64,000 bases of DNA from Acidobacteriota bacterium. GTDB lineage: Bacteria > Acidobacteriota > Terriglobia > Terriglobales > SCQP01. Location of the stretch: NCBI GenBank assembly GCA_027451805.1, contig DAIDIF010000216.1, forward strand, positions 41,583 through 105,582. The letters are read 5' to 3'. A program made the translations under genes and the position numbers. Every line of letters starts with the position of its first letter. The first letter of the stretch is position 1. Below the pieces are notes generated by a model. It saw nothing but the letters and a program-made list of their open reading frames with translations. It was not told the DNA's origin and did not search any database. Of the stretch, positions 16,860-26,066 are shown piece after piece.

Positions 16860-18716
16860 ATGCCCAATCCCGATCTCGCCCTGCACAACCTCGCCACCCA
16901 GCTTCGCATCGATTCCATTCGCGCCACCACCGCGGCCGGGAGCGGGCATCCGACCAGTTCCATGTCCGCCGCCGATATCATGGCGACGCTGTTTTTCGAT
17001 GTGATGCGGCTCGATCCGAAGCAGCCGCAGTCACCCGCCAACGACAAGTTCGTCCTCTCGAAGGGCCACGCCGCGCCGGTGCTCTACTCGGTTTGGGCGG
17101 AGCTCGGGCTTTACCCGCGCGAGCACCTGCTGACGCTGCGGCGCATCGATTCCGATCTCGAGGGCCATCCCACTCCCGAGCTGCCGTTTGTGGCCGTGCC
17201 CACGGGCTCGCTCGGCCAGGGCCTCGCCGTCGGGTTGGGGATGGCGCTCCAGGCGCGCCTCGCTGGCGCGCCCTACCGCACCTACGTACTCATGGGCGAC
17301 GGCGAGACCGCCGAGGGCTCGGTCTGGGAGGCGGCCGAAGTCGCCGCCTTCTATGGTGTGGATAATCTCTGCGCGATCGTGGACGTCAACCGCCTGGGTC
17401 AGAGCCAACCCACCATGTGGCAGCACGACATGGAGACGCATCAGCGGCGCTGGGCGGGCTTCGGATGGAATGCCCTCGTGGTGGATGGGCACAACATTGC
17501 CGGGTTGCGCGCCGCCTTCGTCCAGGCGGAGAAGGCGCAGGGGCGCCCCACCGTGCTGCTGGCCCGGACGCTCAAGGGCAAAGGCGTCAGCTTTATCGAG
17601 GACAAGAACGGTTGGCACGGCAAGGCGCTCAAGCCGGAGGAAGCCGACGCCGCCATCAAGGAACTGCAACAAGCGGTCCGCCCGGATCCTGCCGGAGTCA
17701 AGCCGTGGCCCAGCCTGCCCGCTGGCGCGAATAATTCCGCCGTGGCGCCGGTCCGGGCCGCCGCACCGGGGCCGAGTTTCAAGCCCGGGCAACAGATCGC
17801 CACCCGCGAAGCTTTCGGCCAGGCGCTGGCCGCGCTCGCTCCCTACGATCTGCGCCTGGTCACGATTGACGGCGACGTCGAGAACTCAACTTTTACCCAG
17901 GATTTCCAAAAGGTCAGTCCCGAGCGTTTCTTCGAAGGCTACATCGCCGAGCAGAACATGACCGGCATGGCGATGGGATTCGCCACCACCGGCCGGGTGC
18001 CTTTCGTCTCGACCTTCGCCTGCTTCCTGACCCGCGCCGCCGATTTCGTCCGCCTCGCCGGCCTGGCCCGCGCTAACGTCAAGTTCGTCGGTACCCACGC
18101 CGGCATTTCCATCGGCGAAGACGGCGCCTCGCAGATGGGCCTCGAAGATCTCGCCCTCTTCCGCGCCCTGGCCGAATCCACCGTCCTCTATCCCAGCGAC
18201 GGCGTCAGCGCCTGGCGCGCCGTGGAACTCGCCGCCGCCCAGCCCGGGCTGTGCTATATCCGCACCGGCCGCCCCAAAGCCGGGCTGATCTATGCCAACG
18301 ACGAACCCTTCGCCATCGGCAAGGCCAAGGTGCTGAAGCAGTCGGCGCGCGACCGCGCCACCGTGGTCGCCGCCGGCGTCACCCTGTTCGAAGCGCTCAA
18401 GGCCTACGAGGCGTTGCAGGCCAAAGGCGTGGCTATCGGCGTGGTGGACTTGTTCAGCGTGCGGCCGGTGGACCGCGACACGCTGCTCGCCGCCGCCCGC
18501 GCCGCGCACAACACGCTGATCACGGTGGAGGATCACTACGCCGCCGGCGGGGTGGGCGACGCCGTCAGCGAAGCGGTTTCGCCGGCGGGCGTGCGCGTGC
18601 TCCGCCTGGCGGTCGAAGGCATGCCGCGCAGCGGCACGCCGGAAGAACTGCTGCACCGCTACCGGATTGACGCCGACGCCATCGTGGCCTGCGTCGAGTC
18701 GCTGCCCGCGGATTAG
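16860..18716 (+). CDS. tkt: transketolase (short, about 620-aa form)
   Basis: ORF-track 16809..18716 trimmed to ATG 16860. Contains SIRATTAAGSGHPTSSMSAADIMATLFF, LSKGHAAPVLY, the TPP-binding block GSLGQGL..MGDGETAEGSVWEA, and the Pyr/C-terminal domains. Confidence 0.9.
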   Translation: MPNPDLALHNLATQLRIDSIRATTAAGSGHPTSSMSAADIMATLFFDVMRLDPKQPQSPANDKFVLSKGHAAPVLYSVWAELGLYPREHLLTLRRIDSDLEGHPTPELPFVAVPTGSLGQGLAVGLGMALQARLAGAPYRTYVLMGDGETAEGSVWEAAEVAAFYGVDNLCAIVDVNRLGQSQPTMWQHDMETHQRRWAGFGWNALVVDGHNIAGLRAAFVQAEKAQGRPTVLLARTLKGKGVSFIEDKNGWHGKALKPEEADAAIKELQQAVRPDPAGVKPWPSLPAGANNSAVAPVRAAAPGPSFKPGQQIATREAFGQALAALAPYDLRLVTIDGDVENSTFTQDFQKVSPERFFEGYIAEQNMTGMAMGFATTGRVPFVSTFACFLTRAADFVRLAGLARANVKFVGTHAGISIGEDGASQMGLEDLALFRALAESTVLYPSDGVSAWRAVELAAAQPGLCYIRTGRPKAGLIYANDEPFAIGKAKVLKQSARDRATVVAAGVTLFEALKAYEALQAKGVAIGVVDLFSVRPVDRDTLLAAARAAHNTLITVEDHYAAGGVGDAVSEAVSPAGVRVLRLAVEGMPRSGTPEELLHRYRIDADAIVACVESLPAD

Positions 18717-18729
18717 CCGCGCCCCCGCC

Positions 18730-19320
18730 ATGCCAGACCCCACCCAGACGCCGGGCGGCCCGCTCGATCGTCGCGCCTCGTCGCGCCTGCGCCTGCACTT
18801 CGGCTGGAGCTGGAGTTGGGGCCCGTTGGCGATTGTGCTGGGGTTGCTCTGCCTGGTGATCTACGGCCGCATGAGCGGCCTCGACCTGCTGAGGCGGCGC
18901 CAGCAATCCGAACTCGCCGATCAGCAACGGCAGACTCAGGCCGCGCTGGCGCAAAGCGCCCGCCTGCGTGCCGCCGCCGCGCTGGTGGCGGCGGCGGGCA
19001 CGCAGGCGCTCGCCGTGCGCGCGGCCTCGGGCGCGCTCCAGGTGAAGGCCTATCTCAACCCTGCGCGCGGCGCTGTGCTTATCGCCTCGGCATTGCCGCC
19101 GGTGGGCCCGGGGCGCGCGTATCAACTCTGGCTGCTGACGCCCGGCGAAAGGCCCCGCTCCGGCGGGACGTTCGAACCCGGCGCGGCGGGTGCGGCCGTT
19201 GCGCTGGTTCCGCACGCGCTGCACGGCGCCGTCGGCCTGGCGGTAAGCGTGGAACCGGTCGCCGGTAGCGCCCAGCCCACCGGCGCCATGGTCCTCACCG
19301 CCCGCCCCGCCCAACCCTAG
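18730..19320 (+). CDS. RskA-like (anti-sigma-K C-terminal domain) membrane protein lacking an anti-sigma N-domain
   Basis: ORF-track 18667..19320 trimmed to ATG 18730. One TM helix (WGPLAIVLGLLCLVIYG) after about 30 aa. The extracytoplasmic part ends LPPVGPGRAYQLWLLTPGERPRSGGTF...LAVSVEPVAGSAQPTGAMVL, which is the RskA C-domain pattern. Confidence 0.65.
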   Translation: MPDPTQTPGGPLDRRASSRLRLHFGWSWSWGPLAIVLGLLCLVIYGRMSGLDLLRRRQQSELADQQRQTQAALAQSARLRAAAALVAAAGTQALAVRAASGALQVKAYLNPARGAVLIASALPPVGPGRAYQLWLLTPGERPRSGGTFEPGAAGAAVALVPHALHGAVGLAVSVEPVAGSAQPTGAMVLTARPAQP

Positions 19321-19329
19321 CGCGCCGCA

Positions 19330-21405
19330 GTGACCCCCACATCCGCGCTTTCGCCGCCCGCCGCGTTCGCGGACGTCGCCCTGCCCGTGCCCATGGACCG
19401 GGCCTTCACCTACGCCGTGCCCGCGGAGCTCGCGGAAAAGGACGCGCTGCAGCCGGGGGTGCGGGTGAGCGTGAGTTGGGGGCGACGCCGCCTCACCGGG
19501 GTGGTCATCGGGTTGAGCGCGGAACCGCCGGCAGGGATCGCCGCCGCCCAGATCAAGCCCATCGCCGCCGTGCTCGATGCCACGCCGGTGATTGAGGACA
19601 CCGTGCTCGAACTGGTTGCCTGGGCCGCGTCCTATTACCAGGCGCCGATCGGCGAGGTCATGCGGTGCGCGCTCCCACCCGGCGCTGCCAGCGCCGGCCA
19701 GCGCGCGCCGCGTCGCCAGGCCGCGAGCCTCTGGCACCCGCGCCCGCGGGTTGAGCGGCTCAACTCCGCGCAGCAGCGCGCCCTGGGCGAGATTGTGGGC
19801 GATGGCTCGCCGGCCGCGCCGCTGCTGCTGCACGGTGTCACCGGCAGCGGTAAGACCGCCGTCTACCTCGCCGCCATCGAAGAGACGCTCGCCCGCGGCG
19901 CCGCGGCGCTGCTGCTCGTCCCCGAAATCGGGCTCACCCCCGCGCTCTTCGCCGATTTCGCCGCCGCGTTTCCCGAGCAGGTCGCCGTGCTGCACTCCGG
20001 CCTCGGCCCCGCCGAGCGCGCCCGGCAGTGGCGCCGGCTCCGGCTGGGCGCGGCGCGCGTCGCCATCGGTACCCGCTCGGCGGTCTTCGCCACGCTGCCC
20101 AAGCTGGGCCTGATCCTGGTGGATGAGGAGCACGACGCCAGCTTCAAGCAGCAGGAGTCGCCGCGTTACCACGCCCGCGACCTGGCGGTGATGCGCGCCA
20201 AGCTGTGCGGCGCCCGCATCGTGCTGGGCTCGGCCACGCCCTCGCTCGAGAGCTACACCCACGCGCTCGCTGGCAAATACCGCCTGGCGGCCATGGAAGA
20301 GCGCGTCGAGCGCCGCCCGCTGCCCGCCATCCGCATCGTGGACATGGGCGCGGAGTTCCGCCGCCGCACCGCTACCGCGGCCCCGCGCCGCCGCGGTCCC
20401 GCAGCCGCCGAGCTCTTTTCCGAGGAGCTGCGCGCCGCGCTCGCCGACCGCCTGCAGCGTCGGCAACAGTCGCTGCTGTTGCTGAATCGCCGCGGTTTCG
20501 CCCCCGCCGCGCTCTGCCGCAGCTGCGGCGAAACCGCCCAGTGCCGGGATTGTTCGCTCGCGCTCACCTACCACAAGCGCGCGGCGCAGATGCTCTGCCA
20601 TCTCTGTGGCTACGCCGCCGCCCCGCCCGCCGCGTGCGCGCAATGCGGCAGCGAGCACGTCTACTTCACCGGCGCCGGCAGCGAAAAAGCCGAGGAGGAG
20701 CTGGCCGCGCTGTTCCCCCAGGCCCGCATCGCGCGCCTCGACCGCGACACCGCGCGCAGCCGCCGCCACTTCGAACAGGTGCTCGCCGCCTTCCGCGCCG
20801 GTGAGGTGGATATCCTGCTGGGCACGCAGATGATCGCCAAGGGCCACGACGTTCCCGGCGTTACGCTGGTCGGGGTGCTGCAGTCCGATCTCGGCCTCGC
20901 CTTCCCCGACTTCCGCGCCGCCGAGCGCACCTTCCAACTCCTGACCCAGGTCTCCGGGCGCGCCGGGCGAGGCCGCGAGCCGGGCGAGGTCATCCTACAG
21001 GCGCACCACCCCGAGCACTATGCGGTGGCCGCCGCCGCCGCCGCCGACTTTGCCGGCTTTTACCAGCGTGAAGCCGAGTTCCGCCGCTGGCTGCATTACC
21101 CGCCCTTCGCCGCGCTCGCCTGGGCGCAGCTGCGCCACGCCGACTACGATCGCGTGCTCGACTATGCCGCCCGCTGCGGCCAGTTCCTGCGCCAGCTCGC
21201 GCCCCGGTATCCGCAGACCAAGGTCCTCGGGCCCGCGCCCGCGCTCCTGGCCCGCGCCAAGCGCGAGCATCGCATGCAGTTCCTGTTCAAGAGCGCTAGC
21301 CGGCGCGAGTTGCACGATCTGCTCGGCGCGCTGCGCAGCTTCGCCGCAGCGGAGAAATTCCCTGCCACCGCACTGGTGCTGGACGTGGATCCGCTGAGTC
21401 TTTGA
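19330..21405 (+). CDS. priA: primosomal protein N' (replication restart helicase PriA)
   Basis: 691 aa. Walker A LLHGVTGSGKT and DEEH box LILVDEEHDASFKQ. Zinc-binding cassette CRSCGETAQCRDCSLALTYHK..LCHLCG..CAQCGS. Confidence 0.9.
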   Translation: MTPTSALSPPAAFADVALPVPMDRAFTYAVPAELAEKDALQPGVRVSVSWGRRRLTGVVIGLSAEPPAGIAAAQIKPIAAVLDATPVIEDTVLELVAWAASYYQAPIGEVMRCALPPGAASAGQRAPRRQAASLWHPRPRVERLNSAQQRALGEIVGDGSPAAPLLLHGVTGSGKTAVYLAAIEETLARGAAALLLVPEIGLTPALFADFAAAFPEQVAVLHSGLGPAERARQWRRLRLGAARVAIGTRSAVFATLPKLGLILVDEEHDASFKQQESPRYHARDLAVMRAKLCGARIVLGSATPSLESYTHALAGKYRLAAMEERVERRPLPAIRIVDMGAEFRRRTATAAPRRRGPAAAELFSEELRAALADRLQRRQQSLLLLNRRGFAPAALCRSCGETAQCRDCSLALTYHKRAAQMLCHLCGYAAAPPAACAQCGSEHVYFTGAGSEKAEEELAALFPQARIARLDRDTARSRRHFEQVLAAFRAGEVDILLGTQMIAKGHDVPGVTLVGVLQSDLGLAFPDFRAAERTFQLLTQVSGRAGRGREPGEVILQAHHPEHYAVAAAAAADFAGFYQREAEFRRWLHYPPFAALAWAQLRHADYDRVLDYAARCGQFLRQLAPRYPQTKVLGPAPALLARAKREHRMQFLFKSASRRELHDLLGALRSFAAAEKFPATALVLDVDPLSL

Positions 21406-21480
21406 GAAACGCGAGGCTGCCCGCGAGCCCCCCTCCGCCCCGCCCTTGAGAGTGTGCCGGCGCGCGGCGGGCTGCCGGAG

Positions 21481-22473
21481 CTAGCGCGCCATCACGGGCG
21501 CCAGCGTCAGGCAGGCGAGGAAGATCGCCAGCGCCAACAGCGCCAGCGCCTTACGGCCGGCATCGAGCGGCTCGTCGTCGGGCACGTACGGATGCCCTAC
21601 CCGCATCACCGCGATGAAGGCCGCAAACACGTACCAGCCCGGCCAGTAGAACCACCCGGCCAGCGCCAGCGCCGCCATCGCCATCCACGAGACCGAGCGA
21701 TGCAGCCGGGGCGCGACCGCGTAGAGGATGTGGCCGCCGTCGAGCTGCGCTCCCGGCACCAGGTTCAGCATGGTCACCAGCAGTCCCAGCCAAGCCGCCC
21801 GAAACAGGGGCGACATCGCGATTTGCACCGTCGCCACGCCGGGATATAGCCAGGCCGCCAGCCAGCGCGCCAGCGGCGGCCAACCGAAGCGGATGTACTG
21901 CTGCTGGCGCCACAGCGCCGCCTGCGCCGGGTTCAGCACGTGCGCCATCGCCAGGCCCAGGGCCAGCAGCGGCAGCGTCAGCACTATGCCGGCCAGCGGC
22001 CCCGCGATGCCGACGTCGAACAGTTCCCGCCGGTCGTGGAACGGGGTTCGAATGCGGATGAAGGCGCCAAAGGTTCCGATCAGGGTGGGCGCCGGCAGGA
22101 AGAGCGGCAGGGTGGAATCCAGCCGATAGTAGCGGCAGGCGAGAAAATGCCCCAGCTCGTGTGCCAGCAAAATCGCCAGCAGCGGCAGGCTGAACCAGAG
22201 CCCGCCCGCCAACCGGGCGGGATGATGCCACACCCAGGCGAACGGAAAGACGTCGGTGTTGGTGGCGTAGGGCGGCCTGCCCCCGGCGAAGTTGAACTGC
22301 AGCCGCGCACCGATCGCGGTGGTGGTGGCGAAGGTCGCCACAAACAGCGGCACCGCCCAGCGCCAACTCGGCCACGGCGGCCGCGGGCGTTCGCCACGGT
22401 CAGCGATCAGCCACAAGAATCCGAAGTCGGCGTTGCGCCGATTGCGCCACCGCCCGGGTACGGCATCCTTCAC
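21481..22473 (-). CDS. site-2 protease family (M50) intramembrane metalloprotease
   Basis: 330 aa, polytopic. HELGH motif (LAHELGHFLACRYY) and a second motif NLVPGAQLDGGHIL. Confidence 0.85.
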   Translation of the reverse strand: MKDAVPGRWRNRRNADFGFLWLIADRGERPRPPWPSWRWAVPLFVATFATTTAIGARLQFNFAGGRPPYATNTDVFPFAWVWHHPARLAGGLWFSLPLLAILLAHELGHFLACRYYRLDSTLPLFLPAPTLIGTFGAFIRIRTPFHDRRELFDVGIAGPLAGIVLTLPLLALGLAMAHVLNPAQAALWRQQQYIRFGWPPLARWLAAWLYPGVATVQIAMSPLFRAAWLGLLVTMLNLVPGAQLDGGHILYAVAPRLHRSVSWMAMAALALAGWFYWPGWYVFAAFIAVMRVGHPYVPDDEPLDAGRKALALLALAIFLACLTLAPVMAR

Positions 22474-22479
22474 CGCAGC

Positions 22480-22749
22480 CTAGTCCAGCGCGCTCATCTC
22501 TTTGCCCGGCCGGAAGCGGATGGACTTGCCGGGCGCGATGTTGACTTCCGCGCCGGTGCGCGGATTGCGCCCCACGCCGGTCTTGCGCGGCCGGATGGTG
22601 AACACGCCAAAGCCGCGCAGTTCGATGCGCTCGCCTTGCTCGAGCGCCGTCTTCATGCGACCGAAGACCGCCTCCACCGCCGCCTCCGCTTGCGCCTTGT
22701 TCAGGCCGGTGCGGTTCACGACGGCTTGCACCAAGTCCATCTTGATCAT
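22480..22749 (-). CDS. HU/IHF family DNA-binding protein
   Basis: 89 aa. ..ELRGFGVFTIRPRKTGVGRNPRTGAEVNIAPGKSIRFRPGKEM is the typical HU/IHF beta-arm region. Confidence 0.85.
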   Translation of the reverse strand: MIKMDLVQAVVNRTGLNKAQAEAAVEAVFGRMKTALEQGERIELRGFGVFTIRPRKTGVGRNPRTGAEVNIAPGKSIRFRPGKEMSALD

Positions 22750-22805
22750 GACCCTCCCAGGCAGCTACGGAATAAACCTAGTTTATTCAGCGGGATAGGC
22801 TTGCG

Positions 22806-23531
22806 TCAACGGATTTCGCGCGGGGGCCGCCGTGCGTCATGCGGCAACCAGGGGGGCGGCACGCTGCCCGCCGCCGGCTTGAGCACGCTGGCGGCACGCC
22901 GCGCCGGCGCCGCCGCAGGGTTCTTCTTCGCCGGCGCTGTGGCCAGCATCCGGGCGTGCTTCTGCCGCAGCGCCCGCCGCGTGATCTGCCACGGAATGGT
23001 GCCCAGCCCCAGCACCAGGCCCAGCAGGAAAAGCGCCACGGCGATGTGCGACTGATAGCGCAGCAAGTCGCTGTGCAGCAACCCGAACAGCGACTGGATG
23101 GCCACGCCGAAGTAGGCGAGCACGGCTACCCAAATCAGCGCCCCGAACAGGTTGGTGAACGAGAACCGCCGCCGCTTGATGTGCAGCACCCCTGCCGCGA
23201 AGGGGATCATCAGCCGGAACCCCCACATGAAGCGCGAGAATAGCAGCGCCGAGAACCCCGAGCGCGAACTGTGCAGCCAACCCGATACCCGTTGCCGGTG
23301 CTTGCTGTTCGCCATGAGGCTGCGCATCCGCCCCAGCGCCCCGATCTCGTACAGCAGTTCGTTGCCGCCCACCGTCACCGCCAGCGCGATCCCCAGCACC
23401 CAGCGGTAGTCGAAGTATGGCTGCCCCGGCTGGCTGGCGAGAATCATGGCCGCCACCAGCGTGGCGTCGCCTTCGATGATCAGGCCCAACACCAGGAAGG
23501 CATAGCCGAAATGGAGCAGCAGGTATTGCAC
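22806..23531 (-). CDS. DedA family membrane protein (second copy) with a basic C-terminal tail
   Basis: 241 aa, GTG start. Contains GYAFLVLGLIIEGDATLVAAMIL and FSRFMWGFRLMIPFAAGVL. The C-terminal ~60 aa are Ala/Pro/Arg-rich. Confidence 0.8.
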   Translation of the reverse strand: MQYLLLHFGYAFLVLGLIIEGDATLVAAMILASQPGQPYFDYRWVLGIALAVTVGGNELLYEIGALGRMRSLMANSKHRQRVSGWLHSSRSGFSALLFSRFMWGFRLMIPFAAGVLHIKRRRFSFTNLFGALIWVAVLAYFGVAIQSLFGLLHSDLLRYQSHIAVALFLLGLVLGLGTIPWQITRRALRQKHARMLATAPAKKNPAAAPARRAASVLKPAAGSVPPPWLPHDARRPPREIR

Positions 23532-23647
23532 GGGGGTTTGGGTTGCGTACGGTGCGCTGGCGAAGCTGCCACAATTCCGAAGAACGGAAATACCCGTTGC
23601 TATTTTACAAAAACCGGTATGGATTGGCGAGATGGCGCGACAAGTCG

Positions 23648-23676
23648 TTGCGTCTCAATTAGTTGGGTTGTAGAAT
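23648..23676 (+). promoter_or_regulatory. candidate sigma-70-type promoter for ssb (TTGCGT-17 nt-TAGAAT)
   Basis: -35 TTGCGT at 23648-53, 17-nt spacer, -10 TAGAAT at 23671-76 preceded by TG. It lies 67 nt upstream of the ssb ATG in an AT-richer divergent intergenic region. Confidence 0.45.
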
Positions 23677-23742
23677 CGTACCACTCCGTGCCCCGACGCG
23701 GAAAATCGAGGGGCGCGGCCGGATCGGTAGCGAAGAGGCACC

Positions 23743-24195
23743 ATGTCACGCAGCGTCAACAAAGTGATCCTGCTTGGGCGTCTGGGCAAGAACCCCGAGT
23801 TGAAGTACACCCCGTCCGGGCAAGCGGTGGCGAAGTTCACCCTCGCCACCAGCGAGCGCTGGAAAGACAAGAGCAGCGGCGAGCTCAAGGAAAGCGTCGA
23901 ATGGCACAACGTGGTGTGCTGGTCGAAGCTGGCCGAAACCGCCAACCAATATCTCACCAAGGGCTCGAGCGTTTATCTTGAAGGGCGCCTCCAGACCCAC
24001 TCCTGGGAGAAGGAGGGCAAGCGCCACTACATGACCGAGGTGGTGGTGAGCGAGATGGTGATGACGGGCGGTCGCGGCGAAGGCGGCGGTCAGCGGGCCG
24101 CGCAGGCTGCCGCGCCCGGCGGCCAGGCCGAGGAATCGCCGGAGCGCTACCCGGCGCCCGGCACCGAGATCACCGACGAAGACATCCCGTTCTAG
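23743..24195 (+). CDS. ssb: single-stranded DNA-binding protein
   Basis: 150 aa. Begins [40 protein letters not shown] (OB fold), then a Gly-rich linker and an acidic tip DEDIPF. Confidence 0.95.
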   Translation: MSRSVNKVILLGRLGKNPELKYTPSGQAVAKFTLATSERWKDKSSGELKESVEWHNVVCWSKLAETANQYLTKGSSVYLEGRLQTHSWEKEGKRHYMTEVVVSEMVMTGGRGEGGGQRAAQAAAPGGQAEESPERYPAPGTEITDEDIPF

Positions 24196-24211
24196 CCACC
24201 CCGCGCTCCGG

Positions 24212-24685
24212 ATGAAGAGCCCTGCCCGCTTCGAGAACCTGAAGCGTCCCGCCGCCGACGTGCCGCTCGCTGAGTTGGAGGTCGAAGGCGTGCGCCTCGA
24301 CTTGCATCAGAAGCTCCGCCTGGTGGGGATGACGTTCGGCATCGATCCCACCTCCGCCACGCTGGGCTGGGCCGCGGTGGAGGAGTTGCTGGTGGTCCGC
24401 CGCGGACAAGCCGTCCCGGTCAGCGGCCTGGCGCTTCATTTCACCGGGCTGACCCGCTTCGAGGTGGTGTTTCAGCAGGCGCCGCCGGGCGAGCTCGAGT
24501 ACTTCGAGCTGCGCCAGGAGAACGAAACGGCGCTGGTGTTCTTCTTCGAAGGCGGCACCGTGCGCATCGCCTTCAGCGAGTGCCGGGGTGAACTGGTCAC
24601 CGAGGCGGACGAGATTCGCGAGGACGACGAGAACGGACCTGGGCCGGGGCCCGGCTCAGGTTCGGGCACGGGTCTGGTGCAGTAA
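24212..24685 (+). CDS. hypothetical protein (acidic, Gly/Pro/Ser-rich tail), probably co-transcribed with ssb
   Basis: 157 aa, starting 16 nt after ssb, with high GC3. No recognisable family. The C-terminus reads EADEIREDDENGPGPGPGSGSGTGLVQ. Confidence 0.5.
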   Translation: MKSPARFENLKRPAADVPLAELEVEGVRLDLHQKLRLVGMTFGIDPTSATLGWAAVEELLVVRRGQAVPVSGLALHFTGLTRFEVVFQQAPPGELEYFELRQENETALVFFFEGGTVRIAFSECRGELVTEADEIREDDENGPGPGPGSGSGTGLVQ

Positions 24686-24756
24686 TTACATTAGTTACCC
24701 CGAAGCGGGCGTGAATCCGGCCTTGGACTGACGCCCCAGCGGCTATACTGCTGGAG

Positions 24757-25947
24757 TTGAAGCAGCTCTGCCGCAGCGGCGTGTGGTTGGGAGCGCTGTT
24801 GGCGTGTGTTTGGGCGCTGGGCCCGGCGGCGCCGGCGGCGCAGGCCGCGGTGGGCCAACAGTTCACCCGCCTGGAGGCCGCGGATATCGGCCAGGGCGTG
24901 TTCTACATCATCCCGGGCCCGCAGGCGCTGGAGCGCTTCCGCGAAGACGCGGATGAGATCGGCATCATCGCCCCGCAGTCGTTCTCGCTGGACGGATATG
25001 GGCTGCTGCGCAGCTCGCTGCCCGACGACTTGCGCGAGATCGCCATCGAACATGGCGTGCCGGTCATGCCGCTGGTGATCAACTCCGGGTTCTCGCGCTG
25101 GCAGGCGATCCGATTGCTGCACAACGCCAGCGCCCGCGACCGCGCCATCGGCGCTCTGGTGGACACCGCCCGCCAGCTATCGCTCGCCGGCTGGCAGGTG
25201 GATTTTGAGAACTTGCCCTGGACTCAGCGCGCCGCCTTCTCCCGCTTCATCGCCGAAGCCGCCGGCGCGTTGCACCGGCACGGACTGCTACTCAGCGTCG
25301 CGGTCGCCGCCCGCACCAGCGACCAGGTCAACGCCACCTTTCGCTCCTTCTCCGGCGTCTACGACTACCGTGCCCTGGCGCGCAGCGCCGACTTCCTCAG
25401 CGTCATGGCGTATCCGGAGAGCGACGCCACCCACCCCGGCCCGCTCGCCAGCACACCCTGGGTGCGGCAGGTGCTGGATCATGTGCTCACGCAGGCGCCG
25501 CCCGACAAAATCTCGCTCGGCATCCCCACCTACCAGACCGACTGGATGCGCCGCCGCATCCGCATTAGCTTCCGCCGCCGCATCGCCGGCCATATTCGCC
25601 GCGTCTTCCGCTACGTCTACCGCCTCTTCCATCACGACGGCCCGGTGCAACTCGCGCCTTGGCACTGGGACCCGGTGCTGCAGGCTGCTTATCGTATCCA
25701 GACCTGGGGCCACGACCGCCGCATCACCTGGATCGAGAACGAGGAGAGCTTCCGCGCCAAGCTCGCCCTGGTGGCCGAGTACCACCTGCGTGGCTACTCC
25801 GTCTGGCGCTTGGGCCTCGAAGACCCCAACATCTGGCACGAACTCCCGCCCGCGCCCCGCGCCATCGCCGCCGATCCGCCGCCGCCCCACCTGCCCCGCC
25901 TGCGCGTCGCCGCCGCCGCATCCACCCCGCCCGGCGGCGGACACTAG
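24757..25947 (+). CDS. glycoside hydrolase family 18-like protein (YaaH/YdhD-like subgroup)
   Basis: 396 aa, TTG start, signal peptide MKQLCRSGVWLGALLACVWALGPAAPAAQA. The catalytic-region motif LAGWQVDFENL retains D-x-E. Also YDYRALARSADFLSVMAYPE and ISLGIPTYQTDW. Confidence 0.7.
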   Translation: MKQLCRSGVWLGALLACVWALGPAAPAAQAAVGQQFTRLEAADIGQGVFYIIPGPQALERFREDADEIGIIAPQSFSLDGYGLLRSSLPDDLREIAIEHGVPVMPLVINSGFSRWQAIRLLHNASARDRAIGALVDTARQLSLAGWQVDFENLPWTQRAAFSRFIAEAAGALHRHGLLLSVAVAARTSDQVNATFRSFSGVYDYRALARSADFLSVMAYPESDATHPGPLASTPWVRQVLDHVLTQAPPDKISLGIPTYQTDWMRRRIRISFRRRIAGHIRRVFRYVYRLFHHDGPVQLAPWHWDPVLQAAYRIQTWGHDRRITWIENEESFRAKLALVAEYHLRGYSVWRLGLEDPNIWHELPPAPRAIAADPPPPHLPRLRVAAAASTPPGGGH

Positions 25948-26066
25948 CGTTGCTGTCGCCGGCGTCGGGAGGCGGGTGCGGCTTTGCTTGGTGAAACGCC
26001 GCCTTCCGGACGTTGGGCATCATTGCGGCGGCGCGCGGGGCGGCGGAGCCGTTCCGGAGGCAGCGG

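Noticed and set aside
17357-17365. Perfect DnaA-box complement TGTGGATAA.
   Set aside because: It is an isolated single box inside the tkt coding sequence (codons ..YGVDNL..). There is no cluster of boxes or AT-rich unwinding element, so it is not an origin.
22045-22055. tRNA T-loop-like string ggttcgaatgc.
   Set aside because: It is a single near-match inside the M50 protease coding region. No acceptor stem or anticodon arm surrounds it. I found no tRNA in any intergenic gap.
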